Assembly (NCBI RefSeq): GCF_040938485.1
Contig: NW_027271324.1
Coordinates: 682,001 to 746,000 of the forward strand
Length of the DNA stretch: 64,000 bases
Direction: 5' to 3'
Origin: Diadema antillarum
Lineage: Eukaryota
Shown here: positions 1 through 11,804 of the stretch, piece after piece
Layout: each line of letters begins with the position of its first letter
Position numbering within the stretch: the first letter of the stretch is position 1
Made by a program: the position numbers and the translations under genes
The notes under the pieces: generated by a model
The model's database searches: none
Told to the model about the DNA's origin: nothing
What the model saw: the letters and a program-made list of their open reading frames with translations, nothing else

Positions 1-709
1 CGAGCCGAAAATTTTTCGATTCAGCTTACAAAAAAATGGAATTCTTGTCATTTTTTGGTTATCAAATCTTACAGTGTTCTAATCAAGATATAGTGACGGC
101 CTTACAGATAACAATTTATACCAACAAACTGAGGACTTGAAAAAATACTCTTAATTACTACGAGCAAGTGAGCTGAAATTTGTATATTTCCGCGTCATCA
201 TCACGTTTTGTTCTTATCTTGTTTGATTTGTTCCCCCCCCCCCCAACCCCGTATACGTTCGAAACCGTCGGCGTCTTCTTTTGATCCATTCGGCGATCGC
301 TTCAGAACGAAAGAAATTGCAGCCGCTGCTCTGTGTAATATTTTGCCTGCTAAATATAAAATGACATGTGTGAACACAATAAATATTGTCATTTTGTCCG
401 CGTCATCATCACGTTTTGTTCTTATCTTCTTTTTCTTTGATATAAATTTTGGCGAGCGAGCGCAGCGAGCGAGCCGAAAATTTTTGTATTTCAGCCTACA
501 AAACATGGAATTCTTGTCATTTTTTGGTTATTCAATCTTACAATTCTAATGAAGATATAGTGACGGCCTTATAGATAACGGTTTATACTAGAGGACTTAA
601 AAAATACTCTGAGTTAGTTCGCGCGAGTGAGCCGAAATTTGTATATTTCTGCGTCATCATCACGTTTTGTTCTTAACTTTTTTTGGACAAATTCAATATA
701 TAACAAATA

Positions 710-752
<43 letters not shown>

Positions 753-1045
753 ATATATAAATTTTGGCGAGCGAGCTCAGCGAGCGAGCCGAAAATTTTT
801 GTATTTCAGCTTACAAAACGTGGAATTCTTGTGTGGACACAATAAACATTGTCATTTTGTCCCCCCCCCCCCCCCCCCGGTCCGGGCGAGTTTTTTTTTT
901 CTTCTTCTTTTTCTTCTTCTTCTTCTTTGTTCTTCTTTTTTTTTCTTCTTTTTTCCCCCGTTTTTTCGTTTGTGGCGCCCCCGGGGAGTGGCGCCCAGGG
1001 CACGTGCCCCCCTTGCCCCCCCCCCCCCTTAGATACGCCACCGTA
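1..1045. repeat. Cluster of diverged interspersed/tandem repeat units (GCGAGCGAGC..GCGAGCCGAAAATTTT family) with poly-C/poly-T and (TA)n tracts
   Basis: CGCGTCATCATCACGTTTTGTTCTTA-like block occurs near 190, 400 and 650. GCGAGCGAGC..GAGCCGAAAATTTT occurs near 450 and 770, and partially at 1 and about 7437. (TA)n lies at about 715-748. Confidence 0.7.
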
Positions 1046-1189
1046 TACACCTATTGGGAGAATCATGCATTATGGCGGAGGCATCAGTCGCCATAGCGAC
1101 ATTTCTAGTTTCTCTAATAGAATGTGTTTGAAGGTCATCCATGCAACTGTTGAGCAGGGAGGTGGAACCACCTCCCTGTGTTGAGTTAA

Positions 1190-1605
1190 AAAACAAGTTC
1201 ATGTGGGTTTCACTATAGGTTATCATACTCTTCAGGTAGGCTAACCTAGCTGGAAAAATTGGGTCTTTGAGGGCGTCTGGCGGCTGAGCCCATCACGTAA
1301 AACGTTCGGGAACAATCATTGATTCATCCTTTTAGTGTAAAGAACAAGTTCAAATGGGTTTCAGGTTACTTTTATAGCTAGGCTAGCCTATAGCTGGTAA
1401 AATTTGGTCTTTGAGAGCGTCTGGGGCTACGCCCCACCACTTAAAGCGTCTGGCAACGGTCAATGCATTTATTCCGTAAGTGTTATAGAGCATGTTCCAG
1501 TGGGGTTTCATGGGGTTACTTCAATTTTCAGCTAGGCTATAGCCTAGCTGGTAAGAGTTGGGTCTTTGGGGGCGTCTGGCGGCTACCCCCACCACTTAAA
1601 TTGTC
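1190..1605. repeat. Three diverged ~150-bp tandem units
   Basis: CTAGCTGG...GGTCTTTG.G.GCGTCTGG.GGCT..CCC..CAC.TAAA recurs at about 1245, 1390 and 1545. Confidence 0.7.
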
Positions 1606-2605
1606 CATTACAATTTCTAAAGTGACATCTTCCATACGCAGAGCGCGTTTTGAAAAAGCACTCATCTGAGTGCATAGACAGGTATAGGGCTAATACACGC
1701 AAAGTCTAGTTCATGAGCCCAAAGCTGCGCAGTAATATCTCGGGAAGTAAAAGTAACTCATCAAAATGGAAATGTAGGTCGTACACAAGGAGTAGATGCA
1801 GAAATTTTACATTTCTGTACACATTTTACATAGGTACCTTTTGAGTTGAAAATTAGCTGTTTTTCACCTTAGGATTCAGTACTCCGCATAAGGACACACA
1901 TTTTCGCGCGTTATATGAACGGCGCGGTGCGCGCGAACAGGCAGGGAGAGGTCCCATCAGAATGACCTACTTCGAGACGTAAAAGAACCACTATTCCTGT
2001 CGCACAACCAAAAAGTAACTCCTTAAAATGAATAATCATATTCTAATGAATATTCATGTAAAATATCTAGCCAATTGGAAAAACTTTCCCATAGGTACCT
2101 CTGCAATATTCATATTCCTTAGCTGCTGACGGAATCTGCCTCTGATACACTGTATTTAACGCGTGCCGCACTTTAGGATACCGCATTCTGATTGGCTAAT
2201 AGGTTTTCGGGCAATCGGTCACCGCGTGATCATTTCATTAATATTCATCACTACTCACGCCACTGGATCGCTGTGATTGGCTTCATGTAAATGAACCTCA
2301 GGGCCGGTATTCAAATCCATACTTAAGTCAAATACTTATACTTAAATCAAGTATTTTACTTAAGAAAAGTAATTTGTTTAAAAATGCGATTCAGTTCCCG
2401 CTAAGTATTATACTTGGCTAAGACAGATTTTGTCGCAATTTTATTACTTAAGTATTTTACTTAAAGTAATAAAATTGCAGAGTGACGTCATTCATGTTAA
2501 GTATTATACTTAAGATAAGAAATGCTCGTAGGTTACTTAAGATAAGAAATGCTGGTAGGTTGTTTGCCACTTGGCTATTGGATTTGAGCTGGGGAAGACG
2601 TGGCC

Positions 2606-5600
2606 ATGGCAGCTCTTCTCCATCTCCATGAGAACTACCAATTGGGAAGGGAGAGAATACTAGTACACAGACGACTTCATCCGTTGCAAATCTACAATGA
2701 CGTTGAATTAATCAAGCGCTACAGATTCAACGGGGAGGGTATCCACTACATTACTAATCTTATCCGACACGACATCACACCGAAAGGAAATAACAACCAT
2801 CCTATTGACCCAATAGACAAAGTTTGCATAGCCCTTCATGTTTTAGCCACTGGATGTTTCCAGAGAACAGACGGAGACACGCTTGGAATCTCTCAGGCGT
2901 CTGTTTCACGGATTGTCCAGACAGTCTGCACGGCACTTACCGACAGGTTACCACACTTTGTTCGCCTTCCTCAAGGACATGAGCAAGTTGAGAACATGAT
3001 GAAGTTTTACCAGATAGCAAGGTTTCCTGGCGTGATCGGGTTGATCGACGGAACTCATGTCAAGATACAAGCACCAAGTGAGGATGAGCACCAATTTGTT
3101 AATCGCAAACGTTTTCACAGCATCAACGTTCAGGTAGTGGTAGACGCAGATGCAAAGATCATCAATCTGAATGCACAATGGCCAGGAAGTGTTCATGATT
3201 CGAGGTAATAAAAATCATCTATCTTTCAAATTTAATTAATCATTGTGATTCGATTTTGTTTAAAACATGTGTCACTGTGGTATATGGGACATTCTCACAT
3301 AGAGTGTTAGTTCAATTTCAGTCAGAGTGAAACCCCAAAATCAGCAACAAAATATTGAGTCAAAACTTGTCTTCATATACGTGCATAAACAATAATAGAT
3401 GCCGGGTATTCAAAAAAAAAAAAAAAAAAAGGACAGTAAATTCTCAACGCATTAAGGGCATTAACAATGTAACATTGGCACGTAATTGTGAACACAGTGC
3501 TCTATGAAACCATAAAACAGATACGTTACCGAAATTTATAACTGATTAACTCCATAATATTTGTAGTTTGAACCAGATGTTACTAAAGAGTAAGGCATTC
3601 CATACTTGCACTTTTCGCTGTATTGATTGATGAGTTAACTCTAAATAGTTATAATTTCTTAGTGGAAAAGTAAGCAAAGAAAATGGGATTCCATCGGGAG
3701 TCGAACCCGAGACCTCCGGATTGCTAGACCGGTGCTCTACCGACTGAGCTATAGAAAGCCTATAGTAGTTATAATTTCCAAACATTTTATTATATCCACG
3801 CCAAANNNNNNNNNNNNNNNNNNNNNNNNNNNNNNNNNNNNNNNNNNNNNNNNNNNNNNNNNNNNNNNNNNNNNNNNNNNNNNNNNNNNNNNNNNNNNNN
3901 NNNNNNNNNNNNNNNNNNNNNNNNNNNNNNNNNNNNNNNNNNNNNNNNNNNNNNNNNNNNNNNGGCGGGCGGTGGTTGGTCCGTTGCAAAATCTCGCGTC
4001 GCGAAGTCCTACAGTTTTGAATCAATGTAAATGAAAGTTTAGAGGAAATTATGATATTGAGGAATATATGTGTAAGATAGGATTTTTGTGTTCGTCTGTA
4101 AATGCGTTGCCATGGTAACCACTTGCATTTATTCCACAATATTCAAGCAATTAAGAACAAAATTAGTATCTATGTTAATCTATAGGTGAACTTATGCAAG
4201 ACACCCTTTGTACTAGTATTTTAACTTGACAAAGCGTTGTCACGGTAACCGCACGTTTCCTTCAAAAATCCTGTGAACTAGTTCCACAGTTTTGAAGCAA
4301 CTGAAATCAAAATTGGTAGGCATTATGGTCTTGAGGAATAGATGTGGATCTTTTTTTTTTCCAGCCAAGGCATTGGCATGGTAAAAACTATTTTACCAAA
4401 ACCTTGCAGATCGAATAACTTCAACATCATTAAATCACTTAAGTTCAACTTCAGTATGTACGATGATCTATATGTATATAGTTATACAATACACCAATGT
4501 GTATGTGATAGTATGAGATATATGTATGTTGATAGTATGAGATATATGTATGTTGCTATGGTAACCACTCATTTTTTGTATGAAGATAAAGCATTTAAGC
4601 GATGAAGGTCAAATTTGGTGTATATGATGCTCTTTAAGAGTAATTGCCTAAAATGTCCTTTGGGATTGCAAGCGGACAATGCGTTGCCATGGTAAATACT
4701 TATTTTGGTATATCCACCTCATTGCCGCCCTAACGATACCACATGCTCTGAACAAACACTGGTCAGGAGGTGGGGGTATTAATCACTTTCAGAAATAATT
4801 TTAGTTTCATTTGATTTAATACAATTATACTCAGTAAAATTGTACACTCTTCTGCTACCTACATACGAAAATGGAATGATAACTGTTGTGTAAGTAAAAA
4901 GTAATTATCGATCAAAAGTGTCATTTTTTTTTTATCTACACCAAATACCCCCATTCCCCAAATCAGCAACTGGTTGGGGAAACGTATTTTCAGTTTTTGA
5001 AAGCTTACGCTGATTATGGCCATAGTTTATATCCATAAAAAAAAAACAACAAACAAAAAACATTTTCTGATTTATTGATTTAGCAGACGTAATCAACTTT
5101 TTTTTTTCTTCTTGAGAGGAGTGTAAAATTAATTGATAAGTCGAAAATTATTCATTTTAGGGTGCTTCGCGAGAGTGGACTACAGGAGGTACTGCAGGAC
5201 AGTGAAGGACACCTCCTAGGAGACAGTGGCTATCCTCTCAAGTGCTGGCTTCTTACTCCAATCGCTCGTCCATCGGATGATGCAGAAGAAAGGTATAAAT
5301 TCCATAAAACCACACTCACGAAGAATAATTGCATTAATTTGAGGTTTCATAAAAAGTTAGGTATCTTGAGAAGCTTGTAAAATCGAAGTTTAGTCAAAAT
5401 TGGACTCATTGGAGCAAAGTTATGCCAGTTTTCAAAGCGTTACGGACGGACGGACGTTCAACAAATGGCACGCAAAATTTGAGTGGACAGGGACATGAGC
5501 AACTACCCACAAGTGCAATTTAAGAATGACTATCCCCATTATGTTTAAATGCATTTTTATGCCTGTCCAAGTGGTAATCCGACATAATATGCTCCGGCGA

Positions 5601-5868
5601 CAGTTGCTCCGGCGAAATCTCTCATCAGAGAGAATTAGGGTTATGATTATGAAAGGGTTTTTGGTTGAAGATAGGGACTGGGCTAGGGTTAGGTTCTGGG
5701 TTAGCATTGTGATTCCCGTGGGAGCTATTATTACATATGCCAGAGCATAAGTCGGGCATTCTTACAAGTGTGCAAATACTGTACATAATATGAGAATGGA
5801 TTGTGTGTTTGTGTCATTATTGCCTTACACATTACTGTACTTGATTCGAAATACACGTGATTGCACGA

Positions 5869-5900
<32 letters not shown>

Positions 5901-8127
5901 GTGCGCGTGTGTGTGTGTGCGTGTGTGCGTGTGTGTGGGTGGGTGTGTTGGTGTGTTGGTGATGCTGATAGCTTTGTTACTGGTGTAGTAAGTTGTAAAG
6001 ATGCACGAAGAAATTTTCTCATCTTCGAAATCTTCAATTAGAAAAAAAAATACCATTGTGAAGCAGTAAAATTTACCTTGGATACATATTTCAACAAAAT
6101 GAACACTAGTCTTGGTCCTGTTTGTTAAACCAAGAATATGAGGCATAACCAGATATGAGGTATTATGTGAATGCTTTCCTCCATTGTTACCACAGATACA
6201 ACTTGGCACATAAGCGAACACGCTGTCTCGTGGAGAGAGGAATCGGTCAACTGAAGAGAAGGTTTCATTGCCTTCATGGTGAATTAAGGTAAAAAATAGA
6301 ACTAAAAGATCTATTCAAATATTCTGCACAAATGGTGGATGACAGCACACTATCAATATATCTAAGCTTTAAAAACATATTAATAAATAACTGGCATATT
6401 GTATTGACATTGCATATATAAAAAGAAATTTTGCTTTAGTCATGAAATGGCAACTGCACAGTGATAATTTTTGGGGTAAAATCCATCAAATAAGAAAGTT
6501 AAGAAAGTTGTTAAGTGCAGTACAGTTTCAAGAAAATTGAAAATACATACATATTTGATGAGGTGTAATTTTCACAGTGGGGCCTGTTTTAAAATTGTCG
6601 TAAAGCATGTTGGACGCGCGCCGGACAGAATTTCGTTTTGATATGGCTGTCATTTTTTAATCGGAGATACATTTATTAAATTAATATCATTGTACTTGGA
6701 TATGGGGAGCATTCATGGCCTTCAATATATAAGAATATCTTCATAATTATCCTTTTTCAATTTGTGCAGTGCTGCAAAAACCGACCATGTCGTACCTTTT
6801 AAAATGATGTTCTATAAAAAGTTTGGCTTTTACAGATGATGAAACATGTGAAGGGAATTGATATTTTATCAATGAGGACATGTGATACCTCCCTAAAAAG
6901 TGAATATCGTGTCCGAGAAAACTGTGAAAATTAGTTTGGTTTTGAGGGGTGACCAATTTAGAAACACGCCCAGTGGCACTTTCACCTTCTCCCTAATCCC
7001 TGACAACTCCCTAATCAATTAAGAAATCCCTAATTTTCCTTTTTTAAGGTTAAGTCTTATTGTTATTCTATACATGATTTATCATACATTCCAGGATGAG
7101 TGAAGTTAAAATTTTATTAGAAAGGCTGGATATACATGTATATATTTTTAATTAGATCGTCTACTTGACAAATCATTGCTGAGGGGATCACAACACTAAT
7201 GTTTATATCGTGCAAGTTCAATAACATTGTGAGCCATATCATTGCTATATGAATTTACACCAACTTCAAACTTCCACAACTTTCGTATTATTGGCAACTG
7301 AAAAAACAGTGCACAATATACATTTTCAAGCTCTTAAAAAGGGTTATTCGCCAGTGGAAAATATGAGAGAAATAAATATTAATTTTTTTTTTTTTTTTTG
7401 GGGGGGGGAGCTGAAAAATAAAGATTCAAATTTTTGCGAGCGAGTCTAAAATTTAGGTATTTCAGCTTAAGGGCACGGAATATTTGATTATCATATTGTA
7501 TAATTCTAATCAGGATATAGGGGAAATATATGACGTATATAGGAAACACATGATTCTCTTCAATATTTGGTTGATAATTCAAGTAATTATTAATATTGTG
7601 ATGATGACTGGCTTTATGAATCACTTATATTGAATAACTGAAAAATTCACAAAGCATACGAGTTTGTGTAAGCAAGTTCAGCGAGGCATTTCCCCATATT
7701 TTTCTTCATTTTTGCGCAGGTAGGAAATGATTAGACTTTTTTTCAGTTATGAAGGGGATGATGGAGGGGGGGGGGTGATAACGCATGTACACCGTCCCCC
7801 ACTTCTTTTTTTCTTGGGGGGGGGGGAGGGGAATCATGATATATACCCCTTCAAAAATAAGCATTTAAATACAAAGGTTTCCCCTTTTTTCTTTTTCCTT
7901 TTTCTGCGCCCTCCTGAAGTGGCGCCCGAGGCATATGCCCCCCTTGCCCCCCCCCCCCCCCCCCCCCCCTCCCCCGCTAGATGCGCCACTGATTTCAGTC
8001 AATCTTCCACTGTCAGATTTGTGGATTCATACCCTCTCAATCATATGGACTTGTAAATTGTGTGTAGATGCTCTTCTTTACCAGGTAGATGGCGAGAACT
8101 TCAATAATAGATTTTTCCATAATTCCT

Positions 8128-8158
<31 letters not shown>

Positions 8159-8397
8159 GGTTATAGAGCTTTATGAGAGCTTTGCACATCCATCTACATT
8201 ATAGGTACAAACCTGAGAAAGCCAGCTGCATAGTAGCAGCATGTGCCATTCTACACAACCTTGCCAAAGACATGAGGATTCCACTCATTGCCGAGGACAT
8301 CCAGGGATATGATCAACCCGATCAGGAACTACATCAAGGAATGAATCACAATGTTCCACGGGCCTACAGACGTCACATAGTAGAATCCCACTTTTAG
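2606..8397 (+). CDS. Harbinger (HARBI1-like, DDE_Tnp_4) transposase, 4 exons, 338 aa, intact
   Basis: Exons 2606-3204, 5161-5292, 6196-6288 and 8205-8397, all joined by GT-AG introns, total 1017 nt in one frame. Motifs: RYRF, IDGTH (D1), RKRFHSINVQVV, WPGSVHDSR, LLGDSGYPL (D2), HKRTRCLVERGIGQLKRRFHCL (E), IVAACAILHN. Intron 1 spans an N gap. Confidence 0.93.
3659..3765 (-). mobile_element. tRNA-Ala(AGC)-derived short SINE / tRNA retropseudogene
   Basis: Minus strand 3760-3686 reads GGCTTTCTATAGCTCAGTCGGTAGAGCACCGGTCTAGCAATCCGGAGGTCTCGGGTTCGACTCCCGATGGAATCC, with A box, B box and anticodon loop CT-AGC-AA but mismatched stems. Flanked by a 13-bp direct repeat TAGTTATAATTTC (3646-3658, 3766-3778). 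Confidence 0.75.
3787..4790 (+). mobile_element. Probable non-autonomous Helentron-associated (HINE/DINE-1-like) element in transposase intron 1
   Basis: Starts TTATTATATCCACGCC, similar to the TTACCCACGCC end of the 49.4-kb copy. A GGCG-type microsatellite follows the gap, and core repeats contain GTTGCCATGGTAAC. Partly hidden by the N gap. Confidence 0.5.
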
Positions 8398-9199
8398 TTA
8401 GAATGCACACAATTATGGAATAATTATGTGGATGGATACATTTACGTGGCTGGATAATTTCGTAAAAAGATATATCCTTTTGCAGGCTCTAAATTAATGT
8501 TGATCACGCCTCCTCATGAAGTATGTCATTATCACTTACAATCTAATACCAGGATGAACATATTGTACAATCCTTGTTACCTAGGCAACTGTTAAACTAT
8601 TACTTGCAGCTGAAAAGTATAAGAATACAAGTGAAATAGACACAACGGTTAGCTCATTTGTACCGAAAAGATCACTGTATCGCCAATGGTATGCTGTACT
8701 GTTATGTCTAAAATTTTGAGGGGCAGAGTTTTGAATTTTCTTTTGTTTAGTCACATTGCAAGTTGATAGCATGTTATATATTTGAATGATTTTATTGGTA
8801 CATTTGTTACACTGTTATCAGAACGAGCTAAGGAAATATTCATCATTTGACATCATGAAGGAAAGCTCCCCAACAAAACCAAAAGCCATGATTATTTCAC
8901 CCATTTTCTATATTGGTACTTGCATCTCAAAAATAAGGAGTATTCTGTGTTCTTATTAAGATAATTTGCAAGTACAATTATAGAATATGCTGTTGTAATT
9001 ATGAGCAGGCATTGTATATAATATTGTATACCAAATTGTAATATAGTTTATCATTACAAGCATGCATAAATACCTGCTGACGAGACGCAAATATACAGAA
9101 TTGTGAAAGATTGCGAGCGGCACAAGCAAATTTATAAAATATAATAAATATATTTGTGTGTCTGTGATAAATTGACATGGGTTGCCATTATGCGTCATT

Positions 9200-9795
9200 T
9201 ACCACAGGTAAACCCCATTACATCAAGGTCAGTGGGACTGCCAATTTTTCCTTGTTACAACCTGTACCTCGTTTTAACCATTATATGCATCTTTTTAACA
9301 TTTCAACATGTCCAATTGAAAATTGGACTGGTAAAATATCCTCGTTAAAGACGGTATCTCGTTATATCGCAACTCATTATTACGGGGGTTTTCCTGTACA
9401 TGTAATTATTGCTAAATTCTATTTCATCGGAAACTCGCTATAGGGAGGTCATTGGAACCTAAAATTTTTACGTGCTATTTTCCATTGTATCTCGTAATAA
9501 ATAACAATTATTAATAAACAAGACAATGCAAAGCAAATATTGTCAGTGGGACCTGAACAATTACTTTGTTACAGAAGACTCATATTATAACGAAGTACTT
9601 CGGGACCGGCACTTTTATTCTATTAAAAATTATTTTTTGTTATAACTGGGAATATTTGCTTTTCTCTTATCTGTTGGGATGGGAATGGCTACGTTATAAC
9701 TGAAATCTGGTTATACCTGTGTTTGTTATAACGTGAGTCCCCTGTATATGGGTATTCATTCATATTAGATCTCCTTATATCGAGTTTCCACTGTA
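9200..9795. mobile_element. Degenerate pogo/Tc1-type MITE(s)
   Basis: Right ends GAGTTTCCACTGTA (9782-9795) and GAGTCCCCTGTA (about 9735-9746) match the TACAGTGGAAACTC-type TIR of the 10552-11490 element. The left end is poorly preserved. Confidence 0.5.
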
Positions 9796-10551
9796 TTCTC
9801 ATTAATATTGTTATCATTATTACATATACTATTGTCACTGTAATCATTATCATTATTACTGTCATCATTATTATTACCTTCATTATTATCATTATTATCA
9901 TCCCCATCACTCAAGGTTGGATTTCACCTTAAGGGGAACTTAATTAAACCGAACAATGGACTTTAATCCATCAACCTAGAAATCTGTTTAAGGGGAAAAT
10001 GCCCTACAATATGCTGAAAGTTGTGCTCCCATGGACAATGATAGAAGACAGAAACTTTCCCCTTAACACTGGAAATAGAGTTGTTGTTGTTATACAGGGT
10101 GTGTTTCAATAAATTATCTTCCCTAACAAGTCATAACCAACATATTTCAAAAATTTTCTTGCAAACGATGTAAATTCTCACTTTAGGGAAGTATCACATC
10201 TGCTACTTGATTTAACATGCAGTCCTGGCAACAAATAATTTCATTGAAATAATGGAACCTTTCAGAATATTCCTGAATATACTCAAATATTATGGAATGT
10301 GCATTTGGAAAATGGTATGCTGAATAGATGTTATTTCATGATATGTATTATAAATAAATAATTGAATAGAATATGAACATAAAAGGTGAAATAAGGTGAT
10401 TTTTGTTGACTGGTGATTTTTGTTGACTCCATCTGACATGATCATTTCTTGAAGCCTGTGACAAATTTAGAAAAAAATACATTTGGGAAGATGCTCTTAC
10501 ATTCTACAAAACACATGCATGCTCTCACTATGCATACAGAAGAATGTAAAC

Positions 10552-11490
10552 TACAAAAGTGGAAACTCAATATAACGAGATGGTCGGGATAGAGTCATTT
10601 TCCTCATTACAGCCGATATCTCGTTATATCAGTAGGCATAAAAGAAAGCATAACATAAAGACATTAATTTGCACATGTGGGACTACCCATCATATTTCAT
10701 TCAATACTAATAACTTGATATTGTTTGTGAGGGAATTACTCACCTTTATGGGTAAAAAGATGTTTTTCGCCAAGGAAATCCAATATCAATAATGTGTTTC
10801 TTATTAATTGTAGATGTTTGAATATGTAAATTTGTATAGCTTGCGATTGTATCATGCAAGATCGTCTGTGGATTGGTATGTGGTTATAGTATGGGTGTGT
10901 GTTGTATGGAAAGCTTGAATATGGTCTAAACAATGCTGTGTGTTTGTGTGACACATTCTGTATACGTACATTATGACTGCGTGTGTGTGAAGATGGGGAA
11001 TTCCCCTCGTAGAAAGCCAATCACAGCATCAGATTTCCTCACACCTGCTAAACGTCATGATGATGTGATGTATACATATGGCTGTCCCACCACATTTTTT
11101 GCATGTATCAGTGTGCGCGCACACACACACTTACACGTACAACATGCAGTGCTAGCTAGAGTGCACTGAAGGAAAATAATTATGTGTGTACAAGACAGTT
11201 TTCGGCACATCAAGCTTTACAATCTCGGAAGATGATGGCATAGGCGAAGTAAAGCTTTACTGAAGACATTTTGCTTTAACTCGCTATAGCAGGTTTGATT
11301 GGCTATGTTTTTCTTTGTTTGGAAGTCTGAAATTTATCTCATTATAGCAGTTATTTCGTTATAGCCGATCTCGCTATAAGAGTAGCATTTTACATAGACT
11401 TGTGTGGAGGAAATTTGGGACCTGGAAAATTTCTTCATTATAACCGATATCTCGTAATAGCAGTGTTCGTTATACCGAGTTTCCCCTGTA
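10552..11490. mobile_element. pogo/Tigger-like MITE (~940 bp, TA ends)
   Basis: Left end TACAAAAGTGGAAACTCAATATAACGAG matches the reverse complement of the right end, TACAGGGGAAACTCGGTATAACGAAC. Internal CCGATATCTCGTTATA motifs lie near both ends. Confidence 0.7.
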
Positions 11491-11804
11491 GCTACCTACT
11501 CCAGGATCAAAAATGAGAGGCACATTTGCCATAAAATTCAATCCAAAAAGGAGTTGGTTTCAATCACATTCTTAAATACATTCTAGTTACATTCAATTAC
11601 ATTTTCAATGACATTCCAGGATTAGCCAGAGCAGTTCTTAAAGGTACATGCAGGGGATCCCATTTGCAACTTGCAAGCCACTGAAAATCTTTCCCAAATT
11701 TCTTCTACAGATGGCTTCTGACCCCAGAACAACATCTGTGAAGTTTAAACTAACAATATTTCATAGAACAGGAATAGGAAGCAAAAATATATACTAGATT
11801 TTCC

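Noticed and set aside
201-1226. Numerous 60-120 aa ORFs over poly-C, poly-T, (TA)n and (CA)n tracts here and at 5790-6221, 18456-19133, 23723-24423, 46166-46531 and 49071-49424
   Set aside because: Low-complexity translation artefacts.
6457-6484. RSS-like CACAGTG + 12-nt spacer + GTAAAATCC
   Set aside because: The nonamer matches only 6/9, there is no partner 23-RSS, and it lies in a Harbinger intron 20 kb from the RAG1-like gene. It is compatible with chance.
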